A DNA stretch of 64,000 nt, from positions 211,134 through 275,133 of the forward strand of contig JAJDUJ010000007.1 in the NCBI GenBank assembly GCA_022826705.1, given 5' to 3'. Under the pieces are notes generated by a model that saw only the letters and a program-made list of their open reading frames with translations, made no database searches and had not been told where the DNA came from. A program made the translations under genes and the position numbers. This document shows positions 35,464-44,242 of this stretch, in pieces. Every line of letters starts with the position of its first letter. The first letter of the stretch is position 1. Origin of the DNA: Acidimicrobiia bacterium (lineage in GTDB: Bacteria; Actinomycetota; Acidimicrobiia; Acidimicrobiales; Bin134).

Positions 35464-37134
35464 GTGGCGGCTGGCTATGTGGCTGCCGGGTGGTGGGGGG
35501 ATGAGACGCCCACTGACCTGATTCGGCGCAACGCTGCTGAGCGGCCTGATGACACCGCCTATGTCACTTGGAGCCAGCCCAAGGGTGAGACCGAGGATGC
35601 GAGTGGGAGCATCGACCGGACCACTTGGGCGGGATATGACCGGCTGTCCGATCGGATGGCGGCTGCGCTGTTGGCTGCGGGGCTGGAACGGGGCGATCGG
35701 GCGGCAGTGATCTTGCCTGACGGCGCGGCGGTTCATGCTGTCTTTACCGGCGCCGACAAGGCCGGAGTGGTGGTCATGGGGATCGGACACCGGGCTGGGC
35801 CGGCAGAGATCGCCCACTTGGTTGAGAAATCCGGGGCTCGGGCCATCATCACCGGGGCTGACCACCGGGGACGCCCAGCCAGCGACGCAGTGGCCGAGTT
35901 GCGGCGCAGCATTCCCGCTCTGGCCCACCACATCACCATTGACGGACCCGGCCAGGGGGCGGCCATCAGCCTCGACGGTAAGCCCGCCCCGTCTCCAGAT
36001 TCGGTCCTCAGCTTCGCCGAGGCCGTCGATGCCCGCCGCCTGGTAGCCTCCGAATTGTGCCTGTTGAACTCCACTTCGGGCACTACCGGGCTGCCCAAGT
36101 GTGTGATGCAGACCCACAACCGGTGGTTCTACTTCCATCAGAAGGCGGTGGAGTACAGCGGGCTGGGATCCGACGAGGTGTTCTGCGTGCCGGTGCCGGC
36201 GCCGTTCGGCTTCGGGCTGTGGACCGCCCACTACACCCCCACCATCCTGGGAGTTCCTACCGTGGTGATGGCCGACTTCGACGCCGCCGCGCTGATTCGC
36301 CTCATCGAGGCGGAGCGGGTGACCGTGCTGTGCGCGGTCACGACTCAGTTCATCATGATGCTGAACTCCCCGGTGTTCGACGACCACGATCTGTCGTCGC
36401 TGCGGCTGATGTTCACCGGGGGCGAGGCCATTCCCTATCAGCGGGCATCCGAGTTCGAGGAGCGCACCGGCTGCACGGTGCTGAACTTCTACGGCTCCAA
36501 CGAGACCGGGATGCTGAGCGGCACTCGTTTGGGCGATCCCCGGTCGGCCCGGCTGCGCTCCGGGGGCCGGTGCGAGCCAGAGATGGACTGTGCCCTCTAC
36601 GACCCCGACGACGGTTCCCTGCTTCCCGAGCTGCGAGGCCGGGGACAGCCCGCCTGCCGGGGACCGGCCACCGCCTTGGGCTACTACGACGATGCCAAGG
36701 CCAACACCGAGCTGATGACCGACGATGGCCGGATGCTGATGGGCGACATCGTGGAGATCGACGACGACGGCTATCTGCGGGTGGTGGGGCGAACGTCGGA
36801 CTTCATTATCCGCGGGGGCAAGAACATCAGCGCACCTGCGGTGGAAGACGAGGTGATGACCCATCCGTCGGTAGCCATGGTGGCTGCGGTAGCCGCCCCT
36901 GACCCGGTGTTCGGCGAGCGGGTGGCCGCCTACGTGGAGTTAGTGCCCGGAACCAGCCTGGATCTCGACGGGCTTCGGGAGCACCTGGCCAGCCGCGGGG
37001 TTTCCCGGGAGTGGTGGCCCGAGCATCTGTTCGTAGTCGATGCCCTCCCCCGGTCTTCGGGGGGCAAAGTAGCCAAGGGCCAACTCAAGAAGGACGCCGC
37101 CGACCGACTCAGTGCTGAAGAGGATCAGATTTAG
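35464..37134 (+). CDS. AMP-dependent synthetase/ligase (acyl-CoA synthetase family)
   Basis: The AMP-binding motif LNSTSGTTGLPK plus GYYDD, GDIVEIDDDGYLRVVGR and the C-terminal GKVAKG are typical adenylate-forming enzyme motifs. GTG is the first canonical start after the in-frame stop at 35419. Confidence 0.85.
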   Translation: MAAGYVAAGWWGDETPTDLIRRNAAERPDDTAYVTWSQPKGETEDASGSIDRTTWAGYDRLSDRMAAALLAAGLERGDRAAVILPDGAAVHAVFTGADKAGVVVMGIGHRAGPAEIAHLVEKSGARAIITGADHRGRPASDAVAELRRSIPALAHHITIDGPGQGAAISLDGKPAPSPDSVLSFAEAVDARRLVASELCLLNSTSGTTGLPKCVMQTHNRWFYFHQKAVEYSGLGSDEVFCVPVPAPFGFGLWTAHYTPTILGVPTVVMADFDAAALIRLIEAERVTVLCAVTTQFIMMLNSPVFDDHDLSSLRLMFTGGEAIPYQRASEFEERTGCTVLNFYGSNETGMLSGTRLGDPRSARLRSGGRCEPEMDCALYDPDDGSLLPELRGRGQPACRGPATALGYYDDAKANTELMTDDGRMLMGDIVEIDDDGYLRVVGRTSDFIIRGGKNISAPAVEDEVMTHPSVAMVAAVAAPDPVFGERVAAYVELVPGTSLDLDGLREHLASRGVSREWWPEHLFVVDALPRSSGGKVAKGQLKKDAADRLSAEEDQI

Positions 37135-37619
37135 CGCTGGGTCAGAACCATCGCCTGCCAGCGTCCGCTGAGCGGAAACTCCACGAGATTGGCCATGGCG
37201 TCAACCAGGAACTCCAGTGCCACCCGCGGGTCCTGGCCTTCGGGCAGCTCGTACACCAAGCCCCGCTTGATGTGGTCCTGGCGCCGGTTCCAACCGTCGG
37301 GCTCGGCCACCCCCCGCTCCTCCAACAGCTTGGCGGCGTGTCGCCCACCGGCATGCTGCAAGCCCACCGAGGCGGGCTGCCACTTGTCCCGGTAGTGGTG
37401 GCCCGGCACCCAGGTGCCGAGCGGTACGGCCGGTCCCTTCGCAGTGAACAGCTTGAATATCGGCGACTCGGGGGGTCGATCCTCGTCGGCTACCAGCGGC
37501 TGAACGTTTATCCACCCCGAGCCGTCGCCCCGGGCCGCCAAGGTCAACATCTCGTGGACCACTTCTTCCAGGGCCAACCGCTCAAACCGGATGGGTCGCT
37601 TATCGAGCGCCATCTCCAC
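37131..37619 (-). CDS. hypothetical protein
   Basis: 162-aa ORF with balanced composition and no recognised family. Its stop overlaps the convergent synthetase stop within TTAG. Confidence 0.5.
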   Translation of the reverse strand: MEMALDKRPIRFERLALEEVVHEMLTLAARGDGSGWINVQPLVADEDRPPESPIFKLFTAKGPAVPLGTWVPGHHYRDKWQPASVGLQHAGGRHAAKLLEERGVAEPDGWNRRQDHIKRGLVYELPEGQDPRVALEFLVDAMANLVEFPLSGRWQAMVLTQR

Positions 37620-37655
37620 TCCCAGAATGCGAAACCGCTTCGGCCCAGACGGGAA

Positions 37656-38216
37656 TCACCCCCGAGGCTCCCCCATCAGCCCTCGGCGGGTGTATGTGAT
37701 GTCGGACCGATCCCGGCAGCCGATGGTGAAGTCGTCGTCGTAGGGGAACGAGTAATTCAGCTCCAGGGTGTAGCGCCACTCGAATGCGCAGACCCGGGTG
37801 GCGATCAGCCAGGGACCGCCGTCGCGCCGCTCGAACCGGTCCACGTAGCGCAGCCCCATGCGCATGTCGGAACCCGGCCCTTCCTCGGTGGGATGCACCA
37901 CATGGTGGGCGTTGCAGTAGGTCTCCACAAAGGCCACATCCCCCTCAAGCTGGATGCGAGACTGACCCAACAGGTGCTGGGTGTAGTCGAAGTGCGCCAG
38001 CACTTCCAACACCCAGTCGGCAAACTCTGTCGGGCTGCCTCGGAAGTTGTTGTGGTCGTCAAAGCCGTCGGGGTGATAGCCGGAAATGATCAGCTCCTTG
38101 TCGAGCCGGTCGGTACCCCGGGCCACCCGGTGGATGGTGTCGGTGATCTCGTCCTTGTCGAGCAGCGCTTGGAGCCTCGGGTCGAGATCAGCCCCTGATC
38201 GATCAATCACTGGCAA
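37656..38216 (-). CDS. SnoaL-like / NTF2 superfamily protein
   Basis: 186 aa. The pattern LLDKDEITDTIHRVARGTDRLD...HLLGQSRIQLEGDVAFVETYCNAHH is typical of SnoaL_4-type proteins. Confidence 0.65.
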   Translation of the reverse strand: MPVIDRSGADLDPRLQALLDKDEITDTIHRVARGTDRLDKELIISGYHPDGFDDHNNFRGSPTEFADWVLEVLAHFDYTQHLLGQSRIQLEGDVAFVETYCNAHHVVHPTEEGPGSDMRMGLRYVDRFERRDGGPWLIATRVCAFEWRYTLELNYSFPYDDDFTIGCRDRSDITYTRRGLMGEPRG

Positions 38217-39156
38217 CCCCGATCATCACCGCCGACAGGGTGAACGGGCCGTCGCCGGTATTCCGCCAGGCGTGCTCGGTGCCCCGCTGAATCACACAGT
38301 CGCCGGCCACGAGGTGCGTCGGCGGCTGTCCAGGCAGCTCCAAATCAACCGTGCCCTGGGCGATCCGCACGAAGTCGATGGTGGGCGTTTGGTGCATCAA
38401 CGCGGCCTGGTCGGCCATCGACGCCGGAATGGTCACCTGCTTCCAGGTCACCCCTCCGCCGGGCGGGTTGAGCTGCATCTCCGACTGGGGAGCGTCGCCA
38501 CCCTGGAGCTCGCTGACCGCCGGGGCGAAGGTGTGCCACAGCTCGGCGGTGACCAGTCCCCCATCGGACTGCGATGCAGTGGCCGGAGGGCCGTCGGCGC
38601 ACACCCCGTCGCCGTCGGTCACGATCCTGCGAGGGCCGACGGTGCCAACGGATGCCCCCGCGAAGCCGGGATCATCGCCGTCGCCCACTCCCAGCATGGT
38701 GGCGCTGAACGTGCAGGGCTCGTCGCCGATCACAATCCACCGATGCCACGTGCCCCGCTGAATGACACAGTCACCGGCGGCCAACTCAACCCAATGCTCG
38801 TTCAACTCCAACCGGATCTGCCCTGAAATGATCTCGATGAAGTCGATGGTGGGGGTGGCGTGAAAGCCGACCCGGTCTTGGTCGAATCGAGGGTCGTCAA
38901 GAGGGCCGATCGCCTTGCCGCCTGAAGGCTTCAACGTGAACAGCCGCCACGAGATCCCACCGGGCGGGGGAACGAAGTCCTTGCGATCGTCCGGCTCCTC
39001 TCCGCCGTCATCCACCGTGGCCGGACGCTGTCCGACGTACCACATGCTGGCCGTGCTCCGCCCCAAGAAGCTCGACGGTGCCTGCCCGTCGGAGATGATG
39101 ACCGGTGCCCCGCTGTCGTCGTGCCCGGTAACGATTCGCCGTCTCGTAAGTGCCAT
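38203..39156 (-). CDS. bicupin domain protein
   Basis: Two cupin-like halves, each ending in AGDCVIQRGT.H.W (LAAGDCVIQRGTWHRW and LVAGDCVIQRGTEHAW). Confidence 0.7.
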   Translation of the reverse strand: MALTRRRIVTGHDDSGAPVIISDGQAPSSFLGRSTASMWYVGQRPATVDDGGEEPDDRKDFVPPPGGISWRLFTLKPSGGKAIGPLDDPRFDQDRVGFHATPTIDFIEIISGQIRLELNEHWVELAAGDCVIQRGTWHRWIVIGDEPCTFSATMLGVGDGDDPGFAGASVGTVGPRRIVTDGDGVCADGPPATASQSDGGLVTAELWHTFAPAVSELQGGDAPQSEMQLNPPGGGVTWKQVTIPASMADQAALMHQTPTIDFVRIAQGTVDLELPGQPPTHLVAGDCVIQRGTEHAWRNTGDGPFTLSAVMIGVASD

Positions 39157-39241
39157 CCGGCAACCGTAGCGGCCCGCAGCAACCCCGGCGCACGTTGCCC
39201 AATCCGAAGAAGCACCACCCCACTAGGTAGCCTCGGAGCAG

Positions 39242-41080
39242 ATGTTTGACCCGCCTGATGACGTGATTGCGCCGGATCGCCCCCTGCGAGTGGCTGTATT
39301 GGTCAAGCAGATCCCGGTGTTCGAGGACATGGTTCTCGGGCCCGACGGCCGCATGGTGCGAGACGGCATCGACATGCACATGAACGACTACTGCCGCCGC
39401 GCCGTGGCCAAGGGCACCGAGGTGGCCCGGGCCAGCGGGGGCACGGTGACCGTATTGACGCTGGGACCGCCATCGGCCGAAAACGTGTGTCGGGAGGCCC
39501 TCCTATTCGGGGTGGACGCTGGAATCCACATCTGCGACCCGGAGTTCGCCGGGTCCGACACTTGGGCCACCGCCAAGGCGCTGGCCGCTGCCCTGGATCG
39601 GTTCGGACCGTTCGATCTGGTGATGATGGGACGCAACTCAGTGGACTCCGATACCGGCCAAGTGCCTCCGCAGTTGGCCGAGCTGCTCGGGCTGCCGTTC
39701 GCCACCGGGGTTAGGCACTTCTCTCTTCACGGCGACCGCTTGGAGCTGCGGTTGGAACACGACGACGAGTGGGTGGACGTGGCCGTGCAGTTGCCCGCGG
39801 TGGTGTCGTGCGCGGAGCGATTGTGCGACCCGTGCAAGATCAAGGACCCGGAGGCCTGGGCCACGGTGGACAGCTCCCACATCCAGACGGTGAGCGCCGC
39901 CGACCTGGGTCCCGGCCCGTGGGGCCAGGAGGCCAGCCCCACCACGGTCGGGCCAGTTCAAATGATCGACGTGGAGCGCGGCCGCCAGATGATGGGCGGC
40001 ACGCTGGAGGAGCAGATCGAACAGGCAGTGGCCATCCTGGCCAAGAAGGGGGCGCTTGTCTCCAGCTCTATGCCCGAGCCGGCTATGGTTGCCCGGCGCT
40101 CGGGGGCCGGATCCGACGGCCCCGCCATAGCCGTGCTGGTGGAACCGGGCCGAGACCGGGTTACCAAGGAGCTTCTGGGAACGGCATCGGAGTTGGCCGC
40201 GGAGATCGGCGGACAAGTAGCCGCCCTCGGCCCTGGCCTGGACGATGCCGACGAGGATCTGGGCCCATGGGGAGCCGATGAGCAGATCGACATCTCAGGC
40301 GGCGATAGCAGCGCTTCGCTGGTCGAGGAAGATTTGGCCGCGGCCATGTCAGACTGGGCAGCCGAGACCCAGCCATGGGCCGTTCTGGCACCGGGCACCG
40401 CTTGGGGGCGGGAAGTGGCCTCCCGAATGGCCGCGACGCTGGGCGCGGGGCTCACCGGCGACGCAGTTGGGCTCAAGGTGGATGACCACGGGAAGCTGAT
40501 CGCCATGAAGCCGGCCTTCGGCGGATGGCTGGTGGCCGAGATTCTCTGCGCTTCTCCCATCCAGATGGCCACGGTTCGCGCCGGAGTGCTGCCCTTCCCC
40601 CGTCCTAATCCCGACCGCCCCCCAGCCCTCCAGTCGTCGCTGGACTCTCCCGGTCAGAGCCGCCTCGAGATCATCAGGCGCTACCGAGACGACGACAGCG
40701 ATGAGCTGGCCAACGCCTCAGTGGTGATCGGCGTGGGCCAAGGGGTGGACCCGGCCGACTACCCCAAGCTGGAGAAGCATCAGGCCGCCATCGGCGCCGC
40801 CCTGTGCGCCACTCGCAAGGTCACCGACTACGGCTGGATGCCCCGGGCCCGCCAAGTGGGCATCACCGGCCACAGCATCAGCCCGCGGCTCTACTTCGCT
40901 ATCGGCATGAGCGGAAAATTCAACCACACCGTGGGCGTCCGCAACGCCGGCACAGTGGTGGGTATCAACCCCGACCCCGACGCTCCCCTATGGGAGATCG
41001 TGGACATCGGCTTCGTGGGCGACTGGGCGGAGGTTTTCGACGCGCTCATCCCCCGCCTCGCCGAAGCCCAGGCCGGCTGA
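39242..41080 (+). CDS. fused electron transfer flavoprotein, EtfB-like N-terminal half plus EtfA-like C-terminal half
   Basis: The N-terminal ~240 aa resemble EtfB (VAVLVKQIP...NDYCRRAVAKG...VLTLGP...DLVMMGRNSVDSDTGQVPPQLAELLGLPFATGV). The C-terminal part resembles the EtfA FAD domain (ATRKVTDYGWMPRARQVGITGHSISPRLYFAIGMSGKFNHTVG...VGINPDPDAPLWEIVDIGFVGDW). It is a single 612-aa ORF. Confidence 0.8.
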   Translation: MFDPPDDVIAPDRPLRVAVLVKQIPVFEDMVLGPDGRMVRDGIDMHMNDYCRRAVAKGTEVARASGGTVTVLTLGPPSAENVCREALLFGVDAGIHICDPEFAGSDTWATAKALAAALDRFGPFDLVMMGRNSVDSDTGQVPPQLAELLGLPFATGVRHFSLHGDRLELRLEHDDEWVDVAVQLPAVVSCAERLCDPCKIKDPEAWATVDSSHIQTVSAADLGPGPWGQEASPTTVGPVQMIDVERGRQMMGGTLEEQIEQAVAILAKKGALVSSSMPEPAMVARRSGAGSDGPAIAVLVEPGRDRVTKELLGTASELAAEIGGQVAALGPGLDDADEDLGPWGADEQIDISGGDSSASLVEEDLAAAMSDWAAETQPWAVLAPGTAWGREVASRMAATLGAGLTGDAVGLKVDDHGKLIAMKPAFGGWLVAEILCASPIQMATVRAGVLPFPRPNPDRPPALQSSLDSPGQSRLEIIRRYRDDDSDELANASVVIGVGQGVDPADYPKLEKHQAAIGAALCATRKVTDYGWMPRARQVGITGHSISPRLYFAIGMSGKFNHTVGVRNAGTVVGINPDPDAPLWEIVDIGFVGDWAEVFDALIPRLAEAQAG

Positions 41081-41091
41081 CTCGCTCGCTG

Positions 41092-41901
41092 ATGGGCGCT
41101 GACGAGGCACCGTCGGCTGCTGCTGAGAGTTGGTTCACGAGGGCCGTTTCCCTGGCCAAGCAGTCCGTTTCGTGCTGGCGGGAGGGCGAAGGCGGCACCA
41201 GAGCGGCGGAGATCGCCTTCTGGTCGGCGGTATCCCTGTTTCCGGCCGCGGTGGCCGCCGCAGCCATCGCCTCCACAGTTCGGGCGGTGTCGGACCGGAT
41301 CGCCGACCGGTTCAACGAGTGGCTGGCCGACGCAGGCCAGACCGCGCTGAGCGATGTTGACAGCACCATCGGCGAGGAGTTCGCCGACGTGGTCTCCGCT
41401 CCCCCGGCAGCCACGTCCATCGCCGCAGTGGTCGCAGTATGGGGCACCATGCGAGCCGCTGCTGCTGCCTGCCGGGCCGTCCGCCGGGTGCGGGGCGCCC
41501 CCCGCCGGTCGTGGTGGCTGGAACGGTTCACCGGATTTTGGCTGCTGATAGGCGCGCTTCCCCTGATCGCCGGTCCCACCGCCATTGCGGTTTGGGTTGA
41601 CCCCCGACTGGCCCCGGTGGTCGGCTTCATATCTGCATTGGCCGTGTTCTCCCTGGTGCAGAAAATGTCCTGCCCCCACCAGCCATGGCGCCATCACTTG
41701 ATTGGCGGCTTGGTGTCGGCCCTCTGGTTCTCAGTGGTATCGGCCATAGCCGCAGTAGCTGTGAACTGGACCGTAGGAGGCACCGCCATCACCGTGGCCA
41801 CCGCCGGAACCCTGGCCGCCCTCAGCTGGCTATGGGCCGCCGCCTGCGGCGTCACCGCCGGCGCCGCCATAGCCGGCGCCTTAGACCAGCGCAACACCTA
41901 G
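41092..41901 (+). CDS. YihY/BrkB (virulence factor BrkB / RNase BN-like) family membrane protein
   Basis: ATG at 41092. RAAEIAFWSAVSLFPAAVA and multiple TM helices resemble the YihY family. The upstream part of the track ORF overlaps the etf gene and was discarded. Confidence 0.65.
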   Translation: MGADEAPSAAAESWFTRAVSLAKQSVSCWREGEGGTRAAEIAFWSAVSLFPAAVAAAAIASTVRAVSDRIADRFNEWLADAGQTALSDVDSTIGEEFADVVSAPPAATSIAAVVAVWGTMRAAAAACRAVRRVRGAPRRSWWLERFTGFWLLIGALPLIAGPTAIAVWVDPRLAPVVGFISALAVFSLVQKMSCPHQPWRHHLIGGLVSALWFSVVSAIAAVAVNWTVGGTAITVATAGTLAALSWLWAAACGVTAGAAIAGALDQRNT

Positions 41902-42479
41902 TCGCCGCCCAGAAAGGAGACCTCTCGATCAGGTTCATTCCTGTCAGGCGGTTCAAGATCGATACCGCGCGGCACATTGTCGACAAGCCATCGACCCATA
42001 TGCTCACGCTCCCGTCGTTGGGCGAAGTCAGCCGGAGTAGCCCCGGTTGCAGCGACAAGTTGCTCTGGAGCGATGGGAAAGCAGGAATCAGGTGTTCCGG
42101 CCGCAGCCCATATCGTGTCGTAGGCCAGCAGGTCTTCATCGATCCAGACAGGAAGCGGATTGAGATGCCCGAATGGCGGGGTTCCTCCAATGGCAAAGCC
42201 GGTGGCTGCTCGCACCTCATCCGGATCGGCCAAGCTGACCTCTTCGCCAGCCAACTCGCCCAAGCAATCAGTATCCACCTGGTTGGCCCCCGAAGTCAGC
42301 GCCAACACCAGCTTCGTCGGAGTTGCGAATACCAGCGACTTCACGATCTGCCCCACCTCGCACCCCACCGCGGCGGCAGCATCAGCCGCCGTCCGAGTGC
42401 CCGCCGGATACCGCACTGGCTCCACCTGAACACCTAGCTCTTCGGCCGCCGCCCGAAATCGCTCAAATCCGCTAGCCAT
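41898..42479 (-). CDS. YbaK/EbsC/ProX-type aminoacyl-tRNA deacylase domain protein
   Basis: The core GCEVGQIVKSLVF...GFAIGGTPPFGH is typical of YbaK editing domains. There is a ~45-aa charged C-terminal extension. ATG at 42479 was chosen. Confidence 0.72.
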   Translation of the reverse strand: MASGFERFRAAAEELGVQVEPVRYPAGTRTAADAAAAVGCEVGQIVKSLVFATPTKLVLALTSGANQVDTDCLGELAGEEVSLADPDEVRAATGFAIGGTPPFGHLNPLPVWIDEDLLAYDTIWAAAGTPDSCFPIAPEQLVAATGATPADFAQRREREHMGRWLVDNVPRGIDLEPPDRNEPDREVSFLGGD

Positions 42480-42541
42480 CAGCGTCACCTTATGAGATGA
42501 CCGTTGCGCTACTTGGGACAATTGTGGAGTACCTTCAGGCC

Positions 42542-42886
42542 ATGACCGAACCTCGTCAGCCCGATGTGCTTAGCCGCCTGCCCATTCCCGATGAAGTCCG
42601 CGATGACGTGATGGAAATGCTGAAAGTGGGACCGTCTGCTGTGTGGGGTCGGCCGGTGCTGAGCCGCCGGGAGCGCAGTCTGGCCACCATCGCCATGATG
42701 ACCGCACTGGGCAACGAGTTCGCCATCCGCGAACACGTCATCATGGGCTTGGACTCCTTCGGCCTGAGCCGAGAAGAGATCTGCGAGGTCATGATCCAAG
42801 CCGCCATCTACGCCGGATTCCCCGCCGCCATGAAGGCCTTCGAAATCGCCACCGACATCTTCGCCGAGCGCGACGCCGCTGCTTGA
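42542..42886 (+). CDS. carboxymuconolactone decarboxylase (CMD/AhpD-like) family protein
   Basis: LSRRERSLATIAMMTALG...EEICEVMIQAAIYAGFPAAMKAF is typical of the CMD family. The start could also be 42497. Confidence 0.8.
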   Translation: MTEPRQPDVLSRLPIPDEVRDDVMEMLKVGPSAVWGRPVLSRRERSLATIAMMTALGNEFAIREHVIMGLDSFGLSREEICEVMIQAAIYAGFPAAMKAFEIATDIFAERDAAA

Positions 42887-42906
42887 GAGAGCCCCTCTTG
42901 GCCACA

Positions 42907-43812
42907 ATGGCAACTATGCGCCGCCATCCCGTTGGGCCTCGGGTCATGCACAGGCTGCCGGAGGGCTGGGAACCGGCTCAATTCCAGCGATTCAAGGTCT
43001 CACCAGTAGCCCCCACCATCGGCGCTGAGCTATCCGGCTTGTCGCTGGAGGATGTGGACGACGAACTGTTCGCAGAACTCGACCGGGCCTTGCTGGAGTG
43101 GAAGGTACTGATCGTGCGAGATCAGCCAATCGATGTCGCTGCCCAGGGAGCGCTGGCCCTTCGCTGGGGACCGCTCACCGATGATCAGCTGATCCCCAAT
43201 CCCGGCACCGCCGCCCAAACCGATGCGATCACCTTTGAGCGCAACGACGCCGTGGTTGGACTGGAGAACATGTGGCACACCGACGGCACGTTTCGAACCC
43301 ACCCGCCAGTCTGCACCATCCTGCGAGCTATCGAGATTCCTCCCGTAGGAGGCGACACCCTGTTCGCCGACATGGCCGCCGCCTGGGACAACCTCGACCC
43401 TGACCTTCAAGACCGACTGACCTCCCTGTCAGCCCGCCACGACTGGAGCATCGGGGCCTACGCCGACAAGTACGGGGACGATCTGGACAAGCTGCGGGCC
43501 GAAATTCCACCCGCCATCCATCCGGTGGCCCGCCCTCATCCCCGCACTGGGCGGCCCACCCTGTTCGTGAACGCCGGTTTCACCACCGAACTGGTCGACC
43601 TCGAAGGCTCACCGGTTGACGACAGCAACGACTTGCTCAACCTGCTCTGCCGCCAAGCCGAGATCCCCGAATACCACTGCCGGGTCCGCTGGACGCCCAA
43701 CACCGTGGTCATCTGGGACAACCAAGCCGTCCAGCACTACGGCGTCAACGACTACCACCCCACCCGCCGAGTGATGTCCCGGGCCTCCGTCGCGGGAAAC
43801 AGCGTCAGCTGA
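42907..43812 (+). CDS. TauD/TfdA family Fe(II)/2-oxoglutarate dioxygenase
   Basis: WHTDGTF (the HxD iron ligands), GGDTLFADMAAAW and NTVVIWDNQAVQHY. ATG at 42907. Confidence 0.85.
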   Translation: MATMRRHPVGPRVMHRLPEGWEPAQFQRFKVSPVAPTIGAELSGLSLEDVDDELFAELDRALLEWKVLIVRDQPIDVAAQGALALRWGPLTDDQLIPNPGTAAQTDAITFERNDAVVGLENMWHTDGTFRTHPPVCTILRAIEIPPVGGDTLFADMAAAWDNLDPDLQDRLTSLSARHDWSIGAYADKYGDDLDKLRAEIPPAIHPVARPHPRTGRPTLFVNAGFTTELVDLEGSPVDDSNDLLNLLCRQAEIPEYHCRVRWTPNTVVIWDNQAVQHYGVNDYHPTRRVMSRASVAGNSVS

Positions 43813-44125
43813 GGCCGATGGCCAGGATTGAGCCCCAGATCGTCACGGCGAATCCCACCAGCGTAAACACCATTGTGCGAGTTTGCTGGGCGAACATCTG
43901 CTTCATTTCGCCACGCAGATTCGTAAACTCTGCCTGGGTCCACTCTTTGAGGGCTCTGATGTCGTCTTTGGTGGCTCTGATGTCGTCTTTGGTGGCGATG
44001 TTGTACCAAGAGGTAGGGGGAAGGCTCTCCATAAGCGTTCTGGCCTCCTCCTCTCCTAGGACTTCGGTAAGACGCTGCATCAGCGCCAAACGCCGTTCCT
44101 CTCCAATTGGCTCACTCACAGGCAT
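43805..44125 (-). CDS. hypothetical coiled-coil protein with C-terminal TM anchor
   Basis: 106 aa. Heptad-like charged region with the duplicated ATKDDIR, followed by MVFTLVGFAVTIWGSILAIGL. GC is lower than the flanks. Confidence 0.55.
   Translation of the reverse strand: MPVSEPIGEERRLALMQRLTEVLGEEEARTLMESLPPTSWYNIATKDDIRATKDDIRALKEWTQAEFTNLRGEMKQMFAQQTRTMVFTLVGFAVTIWGSILAIGLS
43952..43996. repeat. perfect 21-bp tandem duplication (2 copies plus 3 nt) in-frame
   Basis: ggctctgatgtcgtctttggt occurs at 43952-43972 and again at 43973-43993. Confidence 0.9.
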
Positions 44126-44242
44126 GCCCTGCCTCCATGGATTCTCTGTCTCATTGGAGGGGGACCGTTTTCGCTGTCCCCGAGCGATGACCCGACCCTA
44201 CCGAGCATCAGGGTGTTTTACAACCACCTACATTGGTGCTTG

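Noticed and set aside
37131-37134. Convergent genes sharing stop codons in palindromic tetranucleotides (TTAG at 37131-37134, CTAG at 41898-41901; 8-11 nt overlaps at 8173-8183 and 43805-43812)
   Set aside because: The overlaps are real but are a common consequence of compact high-GC genomes. No functional implication can be argued from sequence alone.
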